Shown here one piece after another: positions 1-10,684 of a stretch of DNA of 55,533 nucleotides; the stretch's first letter is position 1; each line of letters opens with the position of its first letter. The stretch comes from a virus (lineage: Duplodnaviria > Caudoviricetes). Made by a program: the position numbers and the translations under genes. Under the pieces are notes generated by a model, which was given only the letters and a program-made list of their open reading frames with translations, had not been told where the DNA came from and did no database searches. The stretch is from IMG/VR virus record IMGVR_UViG_3300021425_000046, positions 1-55,533 of that record; one strand, written 5' to 3'.

Positions 1-1
1 G

Positions 2-3000
2 GACTTTAAGAAGCAACTTAATAGAAAGGTAGATCATCCAGAATTATACGAAGAACTACAACACATTCAACCACGTTATATGTGGGGTCAGAATGGATTG
101 TATGATCTTGAATTTAAATCTGATATTGATAGAGCAATATACTTTGCTGGTAAACTTAGCACCAAAGATACACCAGATAAAGTTGCTGTTAGAGCATGGT
201 TAAAAGATGTTACCAAATTAGATGTTCGTGAAGATTATAGAGAAGTCAAAGAATATCGTGATAAAATTTTAGCATTAATTCTACAACTGGTTAAATTATT
301 AGACCCACAAAAGCGTGAAGTAACTGTTCCTCCTGTGTATGATGGGTATTATCAAGATCCTCTAGAGGAAGATGAAGAGGAAGAAGATGAAGACGAAATT
401 GATGATGAGGAGTATGATGATCTTTATGGATCAAGCCTCGATGATTTATTGGCACAAACAAGGGAATCCACAGAAGATAATGAAGATGTAGAAGATCAGA
501 TAGAACAAAAGAAAGAAGAACTTGAAGACGCCGCTGAAGAAGAGCAAATAGAAGACGATGATGAAGGTGATATTGGATCAGAAGATGATATACCAGATGA
601 ATTGTTTGATGACACAATAGATCCTTCCGTATTAGAAGAGATCATCAACAAACGAAAAGGTAAGACAGGAACAAAAGAAAAAAAATCTTACTACGTTTCT
701 AATACAAAATTACTGCAAGGTATTACTCAAAGTTTAGCAGCAGTTACTGGACAACTTGAGCAGGTCAATCAATCTCTGCTTGAACAGAACCAGTTAATTC
801 AAACTAACATTGATCTTAACTTAGCATCACTTGAAGCATTGCAGGCACAGGACGATATTCTCACCACAAAGTTTGATGCTATACTCAATGCATTCCAACA
901 GCAGTATGAAGCATCACAGAAAGCAGAAGAGGATGCTAAGAGATTAAAAGCAGAGCAAAAATTAGAAGGTCAAATATCTACCGCAGGAACAGAAGATCCA
1001 GAAGATCTAACTAAAGGTGGTAAAGGTGGAGGAAGAAGAAATAGAATACAGCAATATTTTAGAAAGAGATTAGTAAGACAACTCTACAGAAAACTACCTA
1101 GACAGGTAAGATCTTTGCGAACTAGAGCAAGGAAGTTGCAGAGAATGCCTGGCAGAGCAGTAGGCAGGATTAAAAATGCTACTGCTAGTAGAATGTCTAG
1201 GATGCTCCCGCCTAGAGTATCTAACTTTGGGAAGAACATTGCGACTGCTAGAGCTGCCACAAAAGGTATGGGTGGATTCTCTAAGATCAAAGGAGTTGGT
1301 AAAAATATTCCTGGTCTGAAACAAGCACTTGCTGTTTGGGAATATGGAGATAGAAAATCAGCAGGACAATCTGATATGCAAGCAGCAGCAGGTGTTGGTG
1401 GTGGACTTGCTGGTGCTGCCGCTGGTGCTGCGATTGGAACGATGCTGTTTCCTGGCGTGGGAACAGTTGCTGGTCTTTTAATTGGTGCTGCGTTCAGCGC
1501 TGCTGGAGCATACGCTGGAGGCAAAATTGCAGATACAATTACTGGCGTAGAAGATAAACAGTATGAGCAAGGAACAGATTACGCAAAACCAGGAACTGCA
1601 ATGCTTCATGGCACTGAGTTGCTGATTGATAAAGATAAGCAAGGTGATTTGTATGGTGTTGATACTGTTGGTGCTACATTAATTGCAGCAACTTCTAAAT
1701 TTATTACTGGTTTGGGACCAGCAGGTGCTGCAGTTGCTCCATTGTTTGAGCAGAAAGCAGCGCCACTCATTCAGTTGTTTGGTGCTCCTGCTACCACAGC
1801 ACAGACAAATGTTGGTGGTGGGTTCCCATCAATAGGATCTATATTTAAGAAGGTAGAAAAAAAGAAAGAAGATAAAACTGATAAAGAAGAAGATTTTGGT
1901 AAAGATTTTGATGATTTGATGAAGGGAGATTCTGAATCGTTTGCTGAAAAATTATTGAAGATGATTGACCCAAGAAATATCTTTGGAAATATTTTATCAT
2001 TGATTAATAATAGAACAGATGCTCCAGAGTTTAATGGTGATAGTTTGATGGCGGAAGGTGGGGAAGCAGTTGCTTCTGGAGATATAACAAGTCAGTATGG
2101 ATGGAGATGGGGTAAAATGCACGCTGGTATTGACATTGCCAGTGCGAAGTTTAAACAAGGAACACCTATTTCGGTTATAAAACCAGGCGTTGTTAAGTTT
2201 GCTGGTTGGCAAGATCCAAACAATCATAAAAGAGGATGGGGACAGTTTGTTGCTATTCAACATGATGATGGAACTGCATCATTGTATGGTCACTTAGATC
2301 AAATTAATGTAACTCAAGGACAAAGAATTGAACCAGATGCAACTGGTAAGTTTCCTGTTATAGGAAAACTTGGTAACACAGGTAGTTCTACAGGAGCACA
2401 CTTACACTTTGAAGTTGGAACTGGTTGGACTGGAGGAACATTAACGGGTCACATTGATCCAGCACCAGTTGTTGGGCAATACTTACGTGGTGGTGGCAAC
2501 GTCAAGAAAAAAGAAACAACCAGTGATGCTCCAACTGCAAAACTTGAAACACCAACAAGTGGGCAAGACATTACTCAAAACTTTGGCATGAAAACTGGAC
2601 AAGAAAAATTCTTTACTTCTAGAAATAAACAATATAAAGCACATAAGACAGCAAAAGGATTTGAATTTTTTGATGGTGCATTGAGAATGGATACTACGGG
2701 GGGTAGAAATAATCAACTTGTTAGAGATTTTATGGAGTCGCAAGGTGTTCAATTTGAAAGAACAGAAGCGGCAAGTGTAGCAGACGACTTCATGCGTCAG
2801 AATAATATTCAACCACCACCTCCACCTAAGTATGATTTTATAAACACTAAGGGAACAGATGAATCTGCTGTGTATATGGTAGTGAATCAACAGCAGGCAC
2901 CAGCAAAAGCAGCAGATCTTGGTGTTAGATTTGTTCAAGATGGTAGTAGATGGATAACTGATAAAGAATATGATGTCAAAACATTAGAAAAACTTCGTTT

Positions 3001-3013
3001 ATCCTTACAATAA
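2..3013 (+). CDS. Tape-measure/baseplate-hub-like virion protein with C-terminal M23 metallopeptidase domain (5' end probably truncated by window)
   Basis: Frame is open from position 2 through ATG at 80. Contains an acidic tract, coiled-coil, Gly/Ala hydrophobic segment, and M23 motifs HAGIDIA (HxxxD) and STGAHLHFEV (HxH). Lies upstream of hub genes. Confidence 0.8.
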   Translation, partial: DFKKQLNRKVDHPELYEELQHIQPRYMWGQNGLYDLEFKSDIDRAIYFAGKLSTKDTPDKVAVRAWLKDVTKLDVREDYREVKEYRDKILALILQLVKLLDPQKREVTVPPVYDGYYQDPLEEDEEEEDEDEIDDEEYDDLYGSSLDDLLAQTRESTEDNEDVEDQIEQKKEELEDAAEEEQIEDDDEGDIGSEDDIPDELFDDTIDPSVLEEIINKRKGKTGTKEKKSYYVSNTKLLQGITQSLAAVTGQLEQVNQSLLEQNQLIQTNIDLNLASLEALQAQDDILTTKFDAILNAFQQQYEASQKAEEDAKRLKAEQKLEGQISTAGTEDPEDLTKGGKGGGRRNRIQQYFRKRLVRQLYRKLPRQVRSLRTRARKLQRMPGRAVGRIKNATASRMSRMLPPRVSNFGKNIATARAATKGMGGFSKIKGVGKNIPGLKQALAVWEYGDRKSAGQSDMQAAAGVGGGLAGAAAGAAIGTMLFPGVGTVAGLLIGAAFSAAGAYAGGKIADTITGVEDKQYEQGTDYAKPGTAMLHGTELLIDKDKQGDLYGVDTVGATLIAATSKFITGLGPAGAAVAPLFEQKAAPLIQLFGAPATTAQTNVGGGFPSIGSIFKKVEKKKEDKTDKEEDFGKDFDDLMKGDSESFAEKLLKMIDPRNIFGNILSLINNRTDAPEFNGDSLMAEGGEAVASGDITSQYGWRWGKMHAGIDIASAKFKQGTPISVIKPGVVKFAGWQDPNNHKRGWGQFVAIQHDDGTASLYGHLDQINVTQGQRIEPDATGKFPVIGKLGNTGSSTGAHLHFEVGTGWTGGTLTGHIDPAPVVGQYLRGGGNVKKKETTSDAPTAKLETPTSGQDITQNFGMKTGQEKFFTSRNKQYKAHKTAKGFEFFDGALRMDTTGGRNNQLVRDFMESQGVQFERTEAASVADDFMRQNNIQPPPPPKYDFINTKGTDESAVYMVVNQQQAPAKAADLGVRFVQDGSRWITDKEYDVKTLEKLRLSLQ

Positions 3014-3016
3014 ATA
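3009..3016 (+). promoter_or_regulatory. T4-like late promoter
   Basis: AATAAATA, matching the NATAAATA late consensus, about 20 nt before ATG 3037. Confidence 0.7.
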
Positions 3017-3036
3017 TCACTAGGAAGGTATAACAA

Positions 3037-5688
3037 ATGTCAGCAGGAACCGAAGGTTACGTAGATACTAGGGGAAGTTCTACTTTCCTAGAAGATTCTA
3101 TTGGAACTATGATTTCCAAGGTTCTTGCTGCAAAAGTTCTTGCAGATAAGGAAAGAAAGTTTGCTCAAAAGAAAGCATTAGAACAAGGAATTGATGAAGC
3201 ACAATTCAATTCAATGTTTCCTCGTGGTGATTTCTTTAAGAAAGCATTGGTTGGTGAGTTTGGAGGATTCAAACTAAAGAAAAAGAAACAAGAACTTGCT
3301 GCACTCTATAGAAAAGCATTACTAGTTGGTAAAGTAACTAAGAATAAAAAGTTACGTGGTAGAGTTGCCAATCAACTCAAACAATCATTAATATATTCTA
3401 AGGCAAATTTAAAGAATGCTAAGAAGTTCCGTAGTCAGTTTGACTATACTGATTATGAAGATTACCTAGCACCACAGAGTGAAAAGATTCCCAGCACTAG
3501 GAAAAGAGTAAAGAATGCTATCGATGGTGGAGGTGGTAAGAGAGTTTCTAGGGAACAGATCATTGAATCGATTGATGCTATCGCAAAGTCAATTGAAAAA
3601 ACAGCACAATCAATTACACAATCATCCTCTTCTGTTTATGGCACACTGATTGTATCGAACCAACTACAGGCAGACGTAGCACAAGATCTTAAAGTAAGAA
3701 ACACTACGCTCGAAGATAAACTACAGAAGTTAGTTGATGTAATCTCAAATCAAACTCAAGTTCAAAAAGATATTGTTGACAAACGTGAAGATATACAACA
3801 AGAAGCACAGTTAGAAAGAAAAACTGTTGCTGCTGGTTCAGAAACACCAGATGATTTGAAAACAAAAGAAAATGAACGCAAGATGTATTCATCTTTTGCA
3901 GATGAATCAGATATGATGGCTGCTTATGGTTATGGTTACGAACCACCTGTGGTTAGACCAGTATCTGGAATGATGAATGATCTTCCTAGTATGGAAGCAT
4001 ATGGTTATCCAAAGGCAGAGAAAGGTGGTATGTTCTCTGGCAAAGGTGGTCTTGAATTGCATGGAACGGAAGCACTACTATCACCAGATGGAGCTGCCAA
4101 GATAGTTTCTGGTCCCGATAGTGGTTACTTACATAACATTGATGAACCGACAACTGTAGTTCCACTGGATAATAATTACACACAAGGAGAAAGAAGTGCG
4201 GTTACTGGTAAGATAGAACCAAATCCAAGAACACCAGTAATTCCTAAACCAAAACTTCAGCAGTTTGAAATGGGAACGCAAAATACTTTGAACAATACTA
4301 ATAATGTTAATGCTCTAACCATGAACAATGACCTGACACAATCATTGATTGATGCTGCGAGTTTACTACCAATGGCAGCAGGTGGAGGAACACTTGCAAT
4401 GACAAATGAATACCTAAGTACTATGGGTAGTTCTGGTGATGATGTTAGACCATTGATTCAGCAAAACTCTAGAGCACTTTCCAATGTATTTGGTTTGCCT
4501 TCAACTATTGTAAGCAAAGCATCTGGAACTAGAACAGTAGGCAAAACAAAAGAGGAAGAACAAAAGAAAGAAGAAGATACAGGAAAGAAGAAAAGTCTAT
4601 TTGAAAAGATGAAGGAAGGTTTCGGTAAGTTTATGGAACTTCTCGGCAAGAAAATAGAAGAAGGTAACGGCGGCGGTGGCGGCGGTGGAGGTGGCGGTGG
4701 AGGTGGATCTGGTATGGGTGCTGGAAGCACTGCCGAAAGAAATGCTGCTGCATTCTTGTCAACATTAGAAGGTGGTGGGGGACAAACAGCAGCAGATACT
4801 ATGCAAGTAATGTTGAATAGAGCTGCTAATGCCCAAGCAGGTGGTTCCATGAAGGCATACGGAACTTCTTTATTCGATCAAATAACTGCAAGAGAACAAT
4901 TTTCTCCTTTTTCTGCTGCAATTTATGGAGGTAGTGCTGATTCTGCTGCCGCTAAAAAATATGGTCATATCACGAAAGCATTGGGAAGCACCCCAGAAGA
5001 AAGAAAGAAAAAATTATTAGAAATTGCTGATGGTCCAGATGGATTAGTTAATTTGCAAAAATTATTTAATGCGGGTAGTGCAGGTCATGCTGCTGAAGTA
5101 TTAAAAGATTTTGAAAGTGATGGTGCTATGGCGAAGGCAGCAAGAGAATTTGTTGGACAATCAATGTCATTTAGAGGATATGAAACGGAAGGATCGAGAA
5201 GAAGAGCACAAGGTGGTAATTATATATTTGGTGGTGGTGCTCACACTGGAATGCTTGGTAAAGTATCTGCTGCTCCAGTAAAACCAGTTACTCCAGTTGC
5301 AAGCAACAGAAGAAATCAACGTGGAGGAAAAACAGCTTTAGAAAGAGCAGACCCATCCAAATCATTATCACCAGAGCAATATAAAGCACAGCAACAAGCA
5401 ATAAGAGAAGCAGATTCTCAAGGATTAACTGGAACTGCAAGAGCAGAATATATTGCACAAAAAGTTGAAGCAGTTATGAGTCCTATATTCCAACGACCAG
5501 CACAACCTTCTGGAATGGATCAGTTGTCTAGTGCTCCTGCTTCATCCAACCCAATGATTGTGGCATTAAATACACCAGCACCATCACAAACTTCGACCGC
5601 AGGAACTGCACCACAATCAAATGCAGAGACCGCAACAGTTGGTAGAGGTTCTAACCCACTTAAAGGATCAGGATTGTATATAGGATAA
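3037..5688 (+). CDS. Tape-measure-like virion protein with SleB/Hydrolase_2-like cell-wall hydrolase domain
   Basis: FLSTLEGGG...QVMLNRA...DQITAREQFSPF matches the E...V.NR...QFS pattern of SleB/CwlJ lytic transglycosylases. N-terminal parts are paralogous to the upstream gene (LHGTE motif). Confidence 0.7.
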   Translation: MSAGTEGYVDTRGSSTFLEDSIGTMISKVLAAKVLADKERKFAQKKALEQGIDEAQFNSMFPRGDFFKKALVGEFGGFKLKKKKQELAALYRKALLVGKVTKNKKLRGRVANQLKQSLIYSKANLKNAKKFRSQFDYTDYEDYLAPQSEKIPSTRKRVKNAIDGGGGKRVSREQIIESIDAIAKSIEKTAQSITQSSSSVYGTLIVSNQLQADVAQDLKVRNTTLEDKLQKLVDVISNQTQVQKDIVDKREDIQQEAQLERKTVAAGSETPDDLKTKENERKMYSSFADESDMMAAYGYGYEPPVVRPVSGMMNDLPSMEAYGYPKAEKGGMFSGKGGLELHGTEALLSPDGAAKIVSGPDSGYLHNIDEPTTVVPLDNNYTQGERSAVTGKIEPNPRTPVIPKPKLQQFEMGTQNTLNNTNNVNALTMNNDLTQSLIDAASLLPMAAGGGTLAMTNEYLSTMGSSGDDVRPLIQQNSRALSNVFGLPSTIVSKASGTRTVGKTKEEEQKKEEDTGKKKSLFEKMKEGFGKFMELLGKKIEEGNGGGGGGGGGGGGGSGMGAGSTAERNAAAFLSTLEGGGGQTAADTMQVMLNRAANAQAGGSMKAYGTSLFDQITAREQFSPFSAAIYGGSADSAAAKKYGHITKALGSTPEERKKKLLEIADGPDGLVNLQKLFNAGSAGHAAEVLKDFESDGAMAKAAREFVGQSMSFRGYETEGSRRRAQGGNYIFGGGAHTGMLGKVSAAPVKPVTPVASNRRNQRGGKTALERADPSKSLSPEQYKAQQQAIREADSQGLTGTARAEYIAQKVEAVMSPIFQRPAQPSGMDQLSSAPASSNPMIVALNTPAPSQTSTAGTAPQSNAETATVGRGSNPLKGSGLYIG

Positions 5689-7112
5689 TGTCAAACAAAT
5701 TTCCCTACGCTTCTAGTTTTAAACTAAAGCAAGTAAAAATATATCAGGTTGAATCTGACAAAGCATATGACATCACACAAATGGTGTCTAAGTTTGATTA
5801 CTTTGAAAACATCCATTACCCAACTACATCTGCTAGGTTGTTGCTGGTTGATAGTGCGGAGAACTTGATTGCTTCTTTGCCCATTCAAGGATTTGAAAAG
5901 GTTGAGATAACTTTAGAAGCATCTAATAATCAAACGTATGAATATTCTTTTAGGGTATATAAAGTAGATAATAGATTTGGTGCTGATAGGTTCCAAGCAT
6001 ACTCACTTGGATTGATTTCAACAGAAGCACTACTCAATGAAGGAGTTAGAGTTGCTAAGACACTAAGAGGTAAACCTGATGCTATTGTGAAGGAAATACT
6101 GCAGTCATATTTGAAGACCGAGAAAGAAATTTATACTGATAAATCTGTATATAATATTGTATTCCAACCAGGAAAGAAGACACCTTTCTCCATTATTAAT
6201 TCGATTAAAACCAAAGCAGTTCCAGAAGGAACGTCAGTAAAATCAAAAGGCAAATCATCTACAGCAAAATCTGGTAGTGGTGGAGGAGGAGCATCTGATG
6301 TTCCAGCAACAGATAAAGCGGACTACTCATCCGCTGGTGGAACTGCTGGTTATTTTTTCTATGAAAATAGAGAAGGATACTTTTTCAGATCTGTTGATGG
6401 ATTATGTTCATCAGATAAATTCAATGGACAAAAACCAGTAGCAACTTATGTCCAGGAGAATAAAGATGTAGGTGGTCCACCAGATAGAAAGATCTTGGAC
6501 ATTGATTTCAATAATGAGATTGATGTCATGGGCAAACTTAGAATGGGTGCTTTCTCATCTCTAATTTGTTTCTATAACTACAGCACTGGAGCGTATGAAG
6601 AGTATGTTTATTCACTAGCAAAAGAATATGAGAACATGGGACATATGGGATCGCAAAAAGGATTGCCATATGGACAGAAAGAATTATCAAAGTATCCAAC
6701 TAGAATCATGAGTGTTCTTCTCGATCACGAGACATGGTTCGATGGAGAAGAAACCGCATCACCAGAGGAGAGAGATGGAGCGAATGGAAAAACATCTGGC
6801 TTTCCAGATTTTCAAAAGTATTATATATCTCAGTCAATTTCTAGATATCATTCACTAGAAAATCAAAAGGTAAATCTAACTGTTACTGGCAACCCTGCGT
6901 TAAAGATTGGGGATAAGATAGAGATTCTAATCCCCAATCAAATCCCAACTGCCAACAGAGCGCAGGCATTGTATGACAGTGAGCATAGCGGAACGTATTT
7001 GATCTCGGAAGTGAACCATGCCTTCAGTCCAAAGGATCAGAAATGCACCACCTATCTTACACTAATTAGAGATTCATATGGAAGACAAGATAGTGCTTCC
7101 AAGGTTAAATAA
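5688..7112 (+). CDS. Baseplate hub / tail protein (gp27-like)
   Basis: YFFYENREGYFFRSVD and C-terminal VTGNPALKIGDKIEI...SGTYLISEVNH...LIRDSYG motifs typical of T4-like hub proteins; immediately upstream of gp5. Confidence 0.75.
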   Translation: MSNKFPYASSFKLKQVKIYQVESDKAYDITQMVSKFDYFENIHYPTTSARLLLVDSAENLIASLPIQGFEKVEITLEASNNQTYEYSFRVYKVDNRFGADRFQAYSLGLISTEALLNEGVRVAKTLRGKPDAIVKEILQSYLKTEKEIYTDKSVYNIVFQPGKKTPFSIINSIKTKAVPEGTSVKSKGKSSTAKSGSGGGGASDVPATDKADYSSAGGTAGYFFYENREGYFFRSVDGLCSSDKFNGQKPVATYVQENKDVGGPPDRKILDIDFNNEIDVMGKLRMGAFSSLICFYNYSTGAYEEYVYSLAKEYENMGHMGSQKGLPYGQKELSKYPTRIMSVLLDHETWFDGEETASPEERDGANGKTSGFPDFQKYYISQSISRYHSLENQKVNLTVTGNPALKIGDKIEILIPNQIPTANRAQALYDSEHSGTYLISEVNHAFSPKDQKCTTYLTLIRDSYGRQDSASKVK

Positions 7113-7115
7113 ATA
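7108..7115 (+). promoter_or_regulatory. T4-like late promoter
   Basis: AATAAATA upstream of gp5 ATG. Confidence 0.65.
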
Positions 7116-7135
7116 GGTAATAAAACTCCTTCAGT

Positions 7136-10100
7136 ATGGATCCAGTATTAACATCACTATTTCCTGTTCATCAGATTGGTGCTGACGGATTCAATTGGTG
7201 GATCGGTCAGATCGAATCAAATAAGAATGACGATCCTAAGAATTCTGGTAGGTATCGAGTAAGAATTGTTGGTCAGCATCTAAAGACGTGTGATGCTACA
7301 CCAACTGAAGAATTGCCATGGGCAAATGTAGTAATGCCAGTCACTACCCCATGGTCTGATGGTGGTGTTACTGGAGCATCTGTTAATCTTAATCAAGGTA
7401 ACTGGGTAGTAGGATTCTATCTTGATAATGACAAACAGAAGCCAATCATCATGGGTTCTGTTGGACACACTGCAGGCTCTACATTACTCAAGAACGTAGA
7501 GGAAGATCCAAATCCAGGCGAAACTTGTAAGTCATTTACCACATTTCTTTCTCCCGATAGAAACCCATACAAGCACGAACCTTTACCAGATAAAGATAAA
7601 ACTAATGCTCCAGCAGCAACTACATCTACTGCAACTGCTGGAGATAAACCAACCACAATAGGACAAGCTGGACTGCCTGCTAATGCAGTTCCAGAAAAAC
7701 ATGCAGCTAATTTCTATGCTTTGTTTGCAGAGAATAGTGCAACCAATCCAACTGGCGCTAAGATTTGTGTAGAGATTGCTGACCCTAAATGTGGATCCGA
7801 AAGTGATCTTAGAGGTGGACTAACTAATATCTTAGGTGATATGTTAGCAGCTAACCAGCAATCTGGTGGTCAACTTGGTGATTTTTATGTGAGTAAAGTT
7901 AGTGGAGAGATGACACGATACCTGGACGTAGGTAGGTATCATGTTAACCGAGCTATTAGATTGGTTAAGAGTTTTATTGCTAGAGTTAAGGGTGAACTAA
8001 TCAAACTCATTCGTCAAGGTGTTGACTTTTTAATTGAGAATGCACTAACCGTAGAAGTAGCAGCTGGAGAACTGGGTAATGTAAACACTGGTCCCGTTGC
8101 ACCTGATCTTGGTATTGAACCATTCCAACCTGTAGTGAAAAGAGAATCAAGATTAAAAGATATTCAAGAATTTCTTGATAATACTTTAGCAGAACTTGGA
8201 TGTAGCATTGAAGATATTACAGATAGAATTGCTCAGTGGTTGACTGATCTTCTTCTTGGTCTGTTGATGGATGCTTTCAATGCTGCTACATGTCTTGTAG
8301 ATACTGTAGTAAATGGAGTTATCAATCAAATTATTTCTTTCCTTGAAGGATTAATTTCTACGGTGATGGGTCCGATCCAAGCGATTCTTTCTATAGCATC
8401 AGCGCCACTTAACTTAATTGGATCTGCTATCAATACTATTCTTGGACTTCTTGGTATATCATGTGACGGTCCAGCACAAAGCTGTCAAAAAGTTAAAAAA
8501 GAATGCACCGAATGTGATAGTGATGAGAAAGGTGATTGGTTAGATGATTTGATTAGTCAGATTGAAAACGGGGAACTTGCTGGAAATTCTGTTTGTTCTG
8601 ATGCTAAACAGTTTCCAAAAATTAGAGATACAAAAGTCGTTGCTGTTGGTGGTGTCTTTACTCCAGCTCCTGGCTCTATCATTCCAGGCACAACGTCACC
8701 AACTGGAGGAACATCTAGTATATCCCTAAGCACTATTAATACTATTACTTACAGTTGTTCTGATATTGAAGTCACTGAAGGAAATTATGCCACCTTTATT
8801 GTTACAAGATCTGGCAACACCCTATTCTCCTCTAGTTTATCTTATATTATTTCCGATTTAACAGCAACTTACAACGAAGACTATACAGGGACAGTTATTG
8901 GTACAATTGGATTTGCTAGAGGAGAAAGAGAAAAGAAAATAAAGTTGAGAACATTTAGAGACAATAAGCGTGAAGGAATAGAACAATTTGAAATTGTTTT
9001 AAGACCAGAGACAACACCAAATGGAGTAACTCCTAGATTTCCTGATGGAAATACTTTTAGGTGTTCTATTAGTGATTTTAGATATCCAAACTACGGACCA
9101 ATAGGATCTACTCCAACAGTTCCTCCTGTGTCTACTACATCTTTAGTATCTATCTCACCAAGGGAATTAGTTTCGGTATCAAATCCACAGAGGAAGAGAT
9201 ATAATATTACATCTGACAAATCATACTATTATAATGGAGAAACAATTACGTTTACCATTACTACAGCAAATGTAGAAGATGACACAGTATTAAATTATCA
9301 GATAAGTGGTAGTATAAATGCTTCAGATATAGATGGTGATTTATCTGGAGAGATTATTATTGTTAATAATAGTGCCACATTAAAATTAAAAACAATTGCA
9401 GATGAAGAAACAACCACTGAGACATTGACACTAGATCTATTGAATACACCAGCTTTCAAAACTGTTTCTATTGTTGGTGATGATCTTCCAACTTATAATG
9501 TAGAAGCAGATAGAACAGTTGCCGAAGAAGGAGATACAATTACATATACTATAACAACAGCTAATGTTGATAATGGAACTACATTATCCTATACTTTATC
9601 TGGAGATATCAGCACTACTGATATCATTGGATTTGACTTGACTGGAACATTTGAAGTTCAAAATAATTCTGCCGAGGTTCAAATTCAGTTAGCTGAAGAT
9701 GGTATATTAGAAGATTCCGAATTGATTACTTTTACTATCGATAACACCACTGCTTCTGCTGATGTTATTATTCTCCCTGAAGATATTATTGTAGAAGTAG
9801 AAGATCTTACGACAGTCACTGTAAAATCTGATAAGTTATCTTATGACGAAGGAGAAACAATATCATATACAATTACAACGACAAATGTACCTGATGGTAC
9901 TGTGTTCCAATACTCATTGTTTGGCACATCGATTACACCTAGCGATATTTCTGGTGGATCATTGTATGGAACATTTATTGTCTTAGATAATAAAGCTAAA
10001 GTTTACGTAGGCATTGAAGAAGATTTAACTATCGAACGTGATGAAACATTAACATTTACTATTAATGGAACTGGTGCGTCAACACAAGTTATTATTAATG

Positions 10101-10684
10101 GTGATCTTGATTATAAGATTGAAGATGATTCTGACATCGCAGTTCCTTGTGTAACACCACCAACATTTGCTTCGCCAATCACTGATGAAAGAGGATCTAT
10201 TATCAGTATTCCAATTTTAGAAAGAGGTTGTCCATATCAAACACCACCAACTATTATTATTTCTGGTAATGGATATGGTTCTCGTGCAATACCTTTATTA
10301 GATAGTAACGGATACGTCACAGAAGTCCGTGTAACAAAGACAGGAACTAATTACCAGAAGAATTTACCAGATCCCAATCTACGTTGTGTTATTGATTCGT
10401 TCACTCTACTCAATCCTGGTAGAGATTATACTTCATCACCTACAGTTATTATCAACGGTGAAAAAGGATTGGCAGAAGCATTGGTAAATAGTGATGGTTA
10501 CGTTTATAGTGTAAGAATATTAGATAGATCCAAGGAATATTACGAAATCCCATCCGTCATTATTCAAGGTGGTGGTGGCGGTGGAGCTAGAGTTCTACCA
10601 AACATTGTATGTAAGGATCCACTTGAGCTAGAAAATATTGGCTACGCTAAGATCGGAACAGGTAAGTATATTGATTGCCCATAA
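7136..10684 (+). CDS. gp5: gp5-like baseplate central spike N-terminal part (OB-fold) with Calx-beta and three Ig-like repeats; no lysozyme domain recognised
   Basis: GFNWWIGQIE...GRYRVRIVGQH...LPWANV...WVVGFYLD...PIIMGS is the gp5 OB-fold signature. Calx-beta-like VTEGNYATFIVTRSG...FARGEREKKI. Three EG(E/D)TIT(F/Y)TITT.NV repeats. Confidence 0.85.
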   Translation: MDPVLTSLFPVHQIGADGFNWWIGQIESNKNDDPKNSGRYRVRIVGQHLKTCDATPTEELPWANVVMPVTTPWSDGGVTGASVNLNQGNWVVGFYLDNDKQKPIIMGSVGHTAGSTLLKNVEEDPNPGETCKSFTTFLSPDRNPYKHEPLPDKDKTNAPAATTSTATAGDKPTTIGQAGLPANAVPEKHAANFYALFAENSATNPTGAKICVEIADPKCGSESDLRGGLTNILGDMLAANQQSGGQLGDFYVSKVSGEMTRYLDVGRYHVNRAIRLVKSFIARVKGELIKLIRQGVDFLIENALTVEVAAGELGNVNTGPVAPDLGIEPFQPVVKRESRLKDIQEFLDNTLAELGCSIEDITDRIAQWLTDLLLGLLMDAFNAATCLVDTVVNGVINQIISFLEGLISTVMGPIQAILSIASAPLNLIGSAINTILGLLGISCDGPAQSCQKVKKECTECDSDEKGDWLDDLISQIENGELAGNSVCSDAKQFPKIRDTKVVAVGGVFTPAPGSIIPGTTSPTGGTSSISLSTINTITYSCSDIEVTEGNYATFIVTRSGNTLFSSSLSYIISDLTATYNEDYTGTVIGTIGFARGEREKKIKLRTFRDNKREGIEQFEIVLRPETTPNGVTPRFPDGNTFRCSISDFRYPNYGPIGSTPTVPPVSTTSLVSISPRELVSVSNPQRKRYNITSDKSYYYNGETITFTITTANVEDDTVLNYQISGSINASDIDGDLSGEIIIVNNSATLKLKTIADEETTTETLTLDLLNTPAFKTVSIVGDDLPTYNVEADRTVAEEGDTITYTITTANVDNGTTLSYTLSGDISTTDIIGFDLTGTFEVQNNSAEVQIQLAEDGILEDSELITFTIDNTTASADVIILPEDIIVEVEDLTTVTVKSDKLSYDEGETISYTITTTNVPDGTVFQYSLFGTSITPSDISGGSLYGTFIVLDNKAKVYVGIEEDLTIERDETLTFTINGTGASTQVIINGDLDYKIEDDSDIAVPCVTPPTFASPITDERGSIISIPILERGCPYQTPPTIIISGNGYGSRAIPLLDSNGYVTEVRVTKTGTNYQKNLPDPNLRCVIDSFTLLNPGRDYTSSPTVIINGEKGLAEALVNSDGYVYSVRILDRSKEYYEIPSVIIQGGGGGGARVLPNIVCKDPLELENIGYAKIGTGKYIDCP

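Noticed and set aside
4666-4710. GGCGGT/GGTGGA tandem repeats (also about 29.9-30.8 kb and 34.3-35.0 kb)
   Set aside because: These encode poly-Gly linkers and glycine-rich fibre domains; they are not CRISPR or regulatory repeats.
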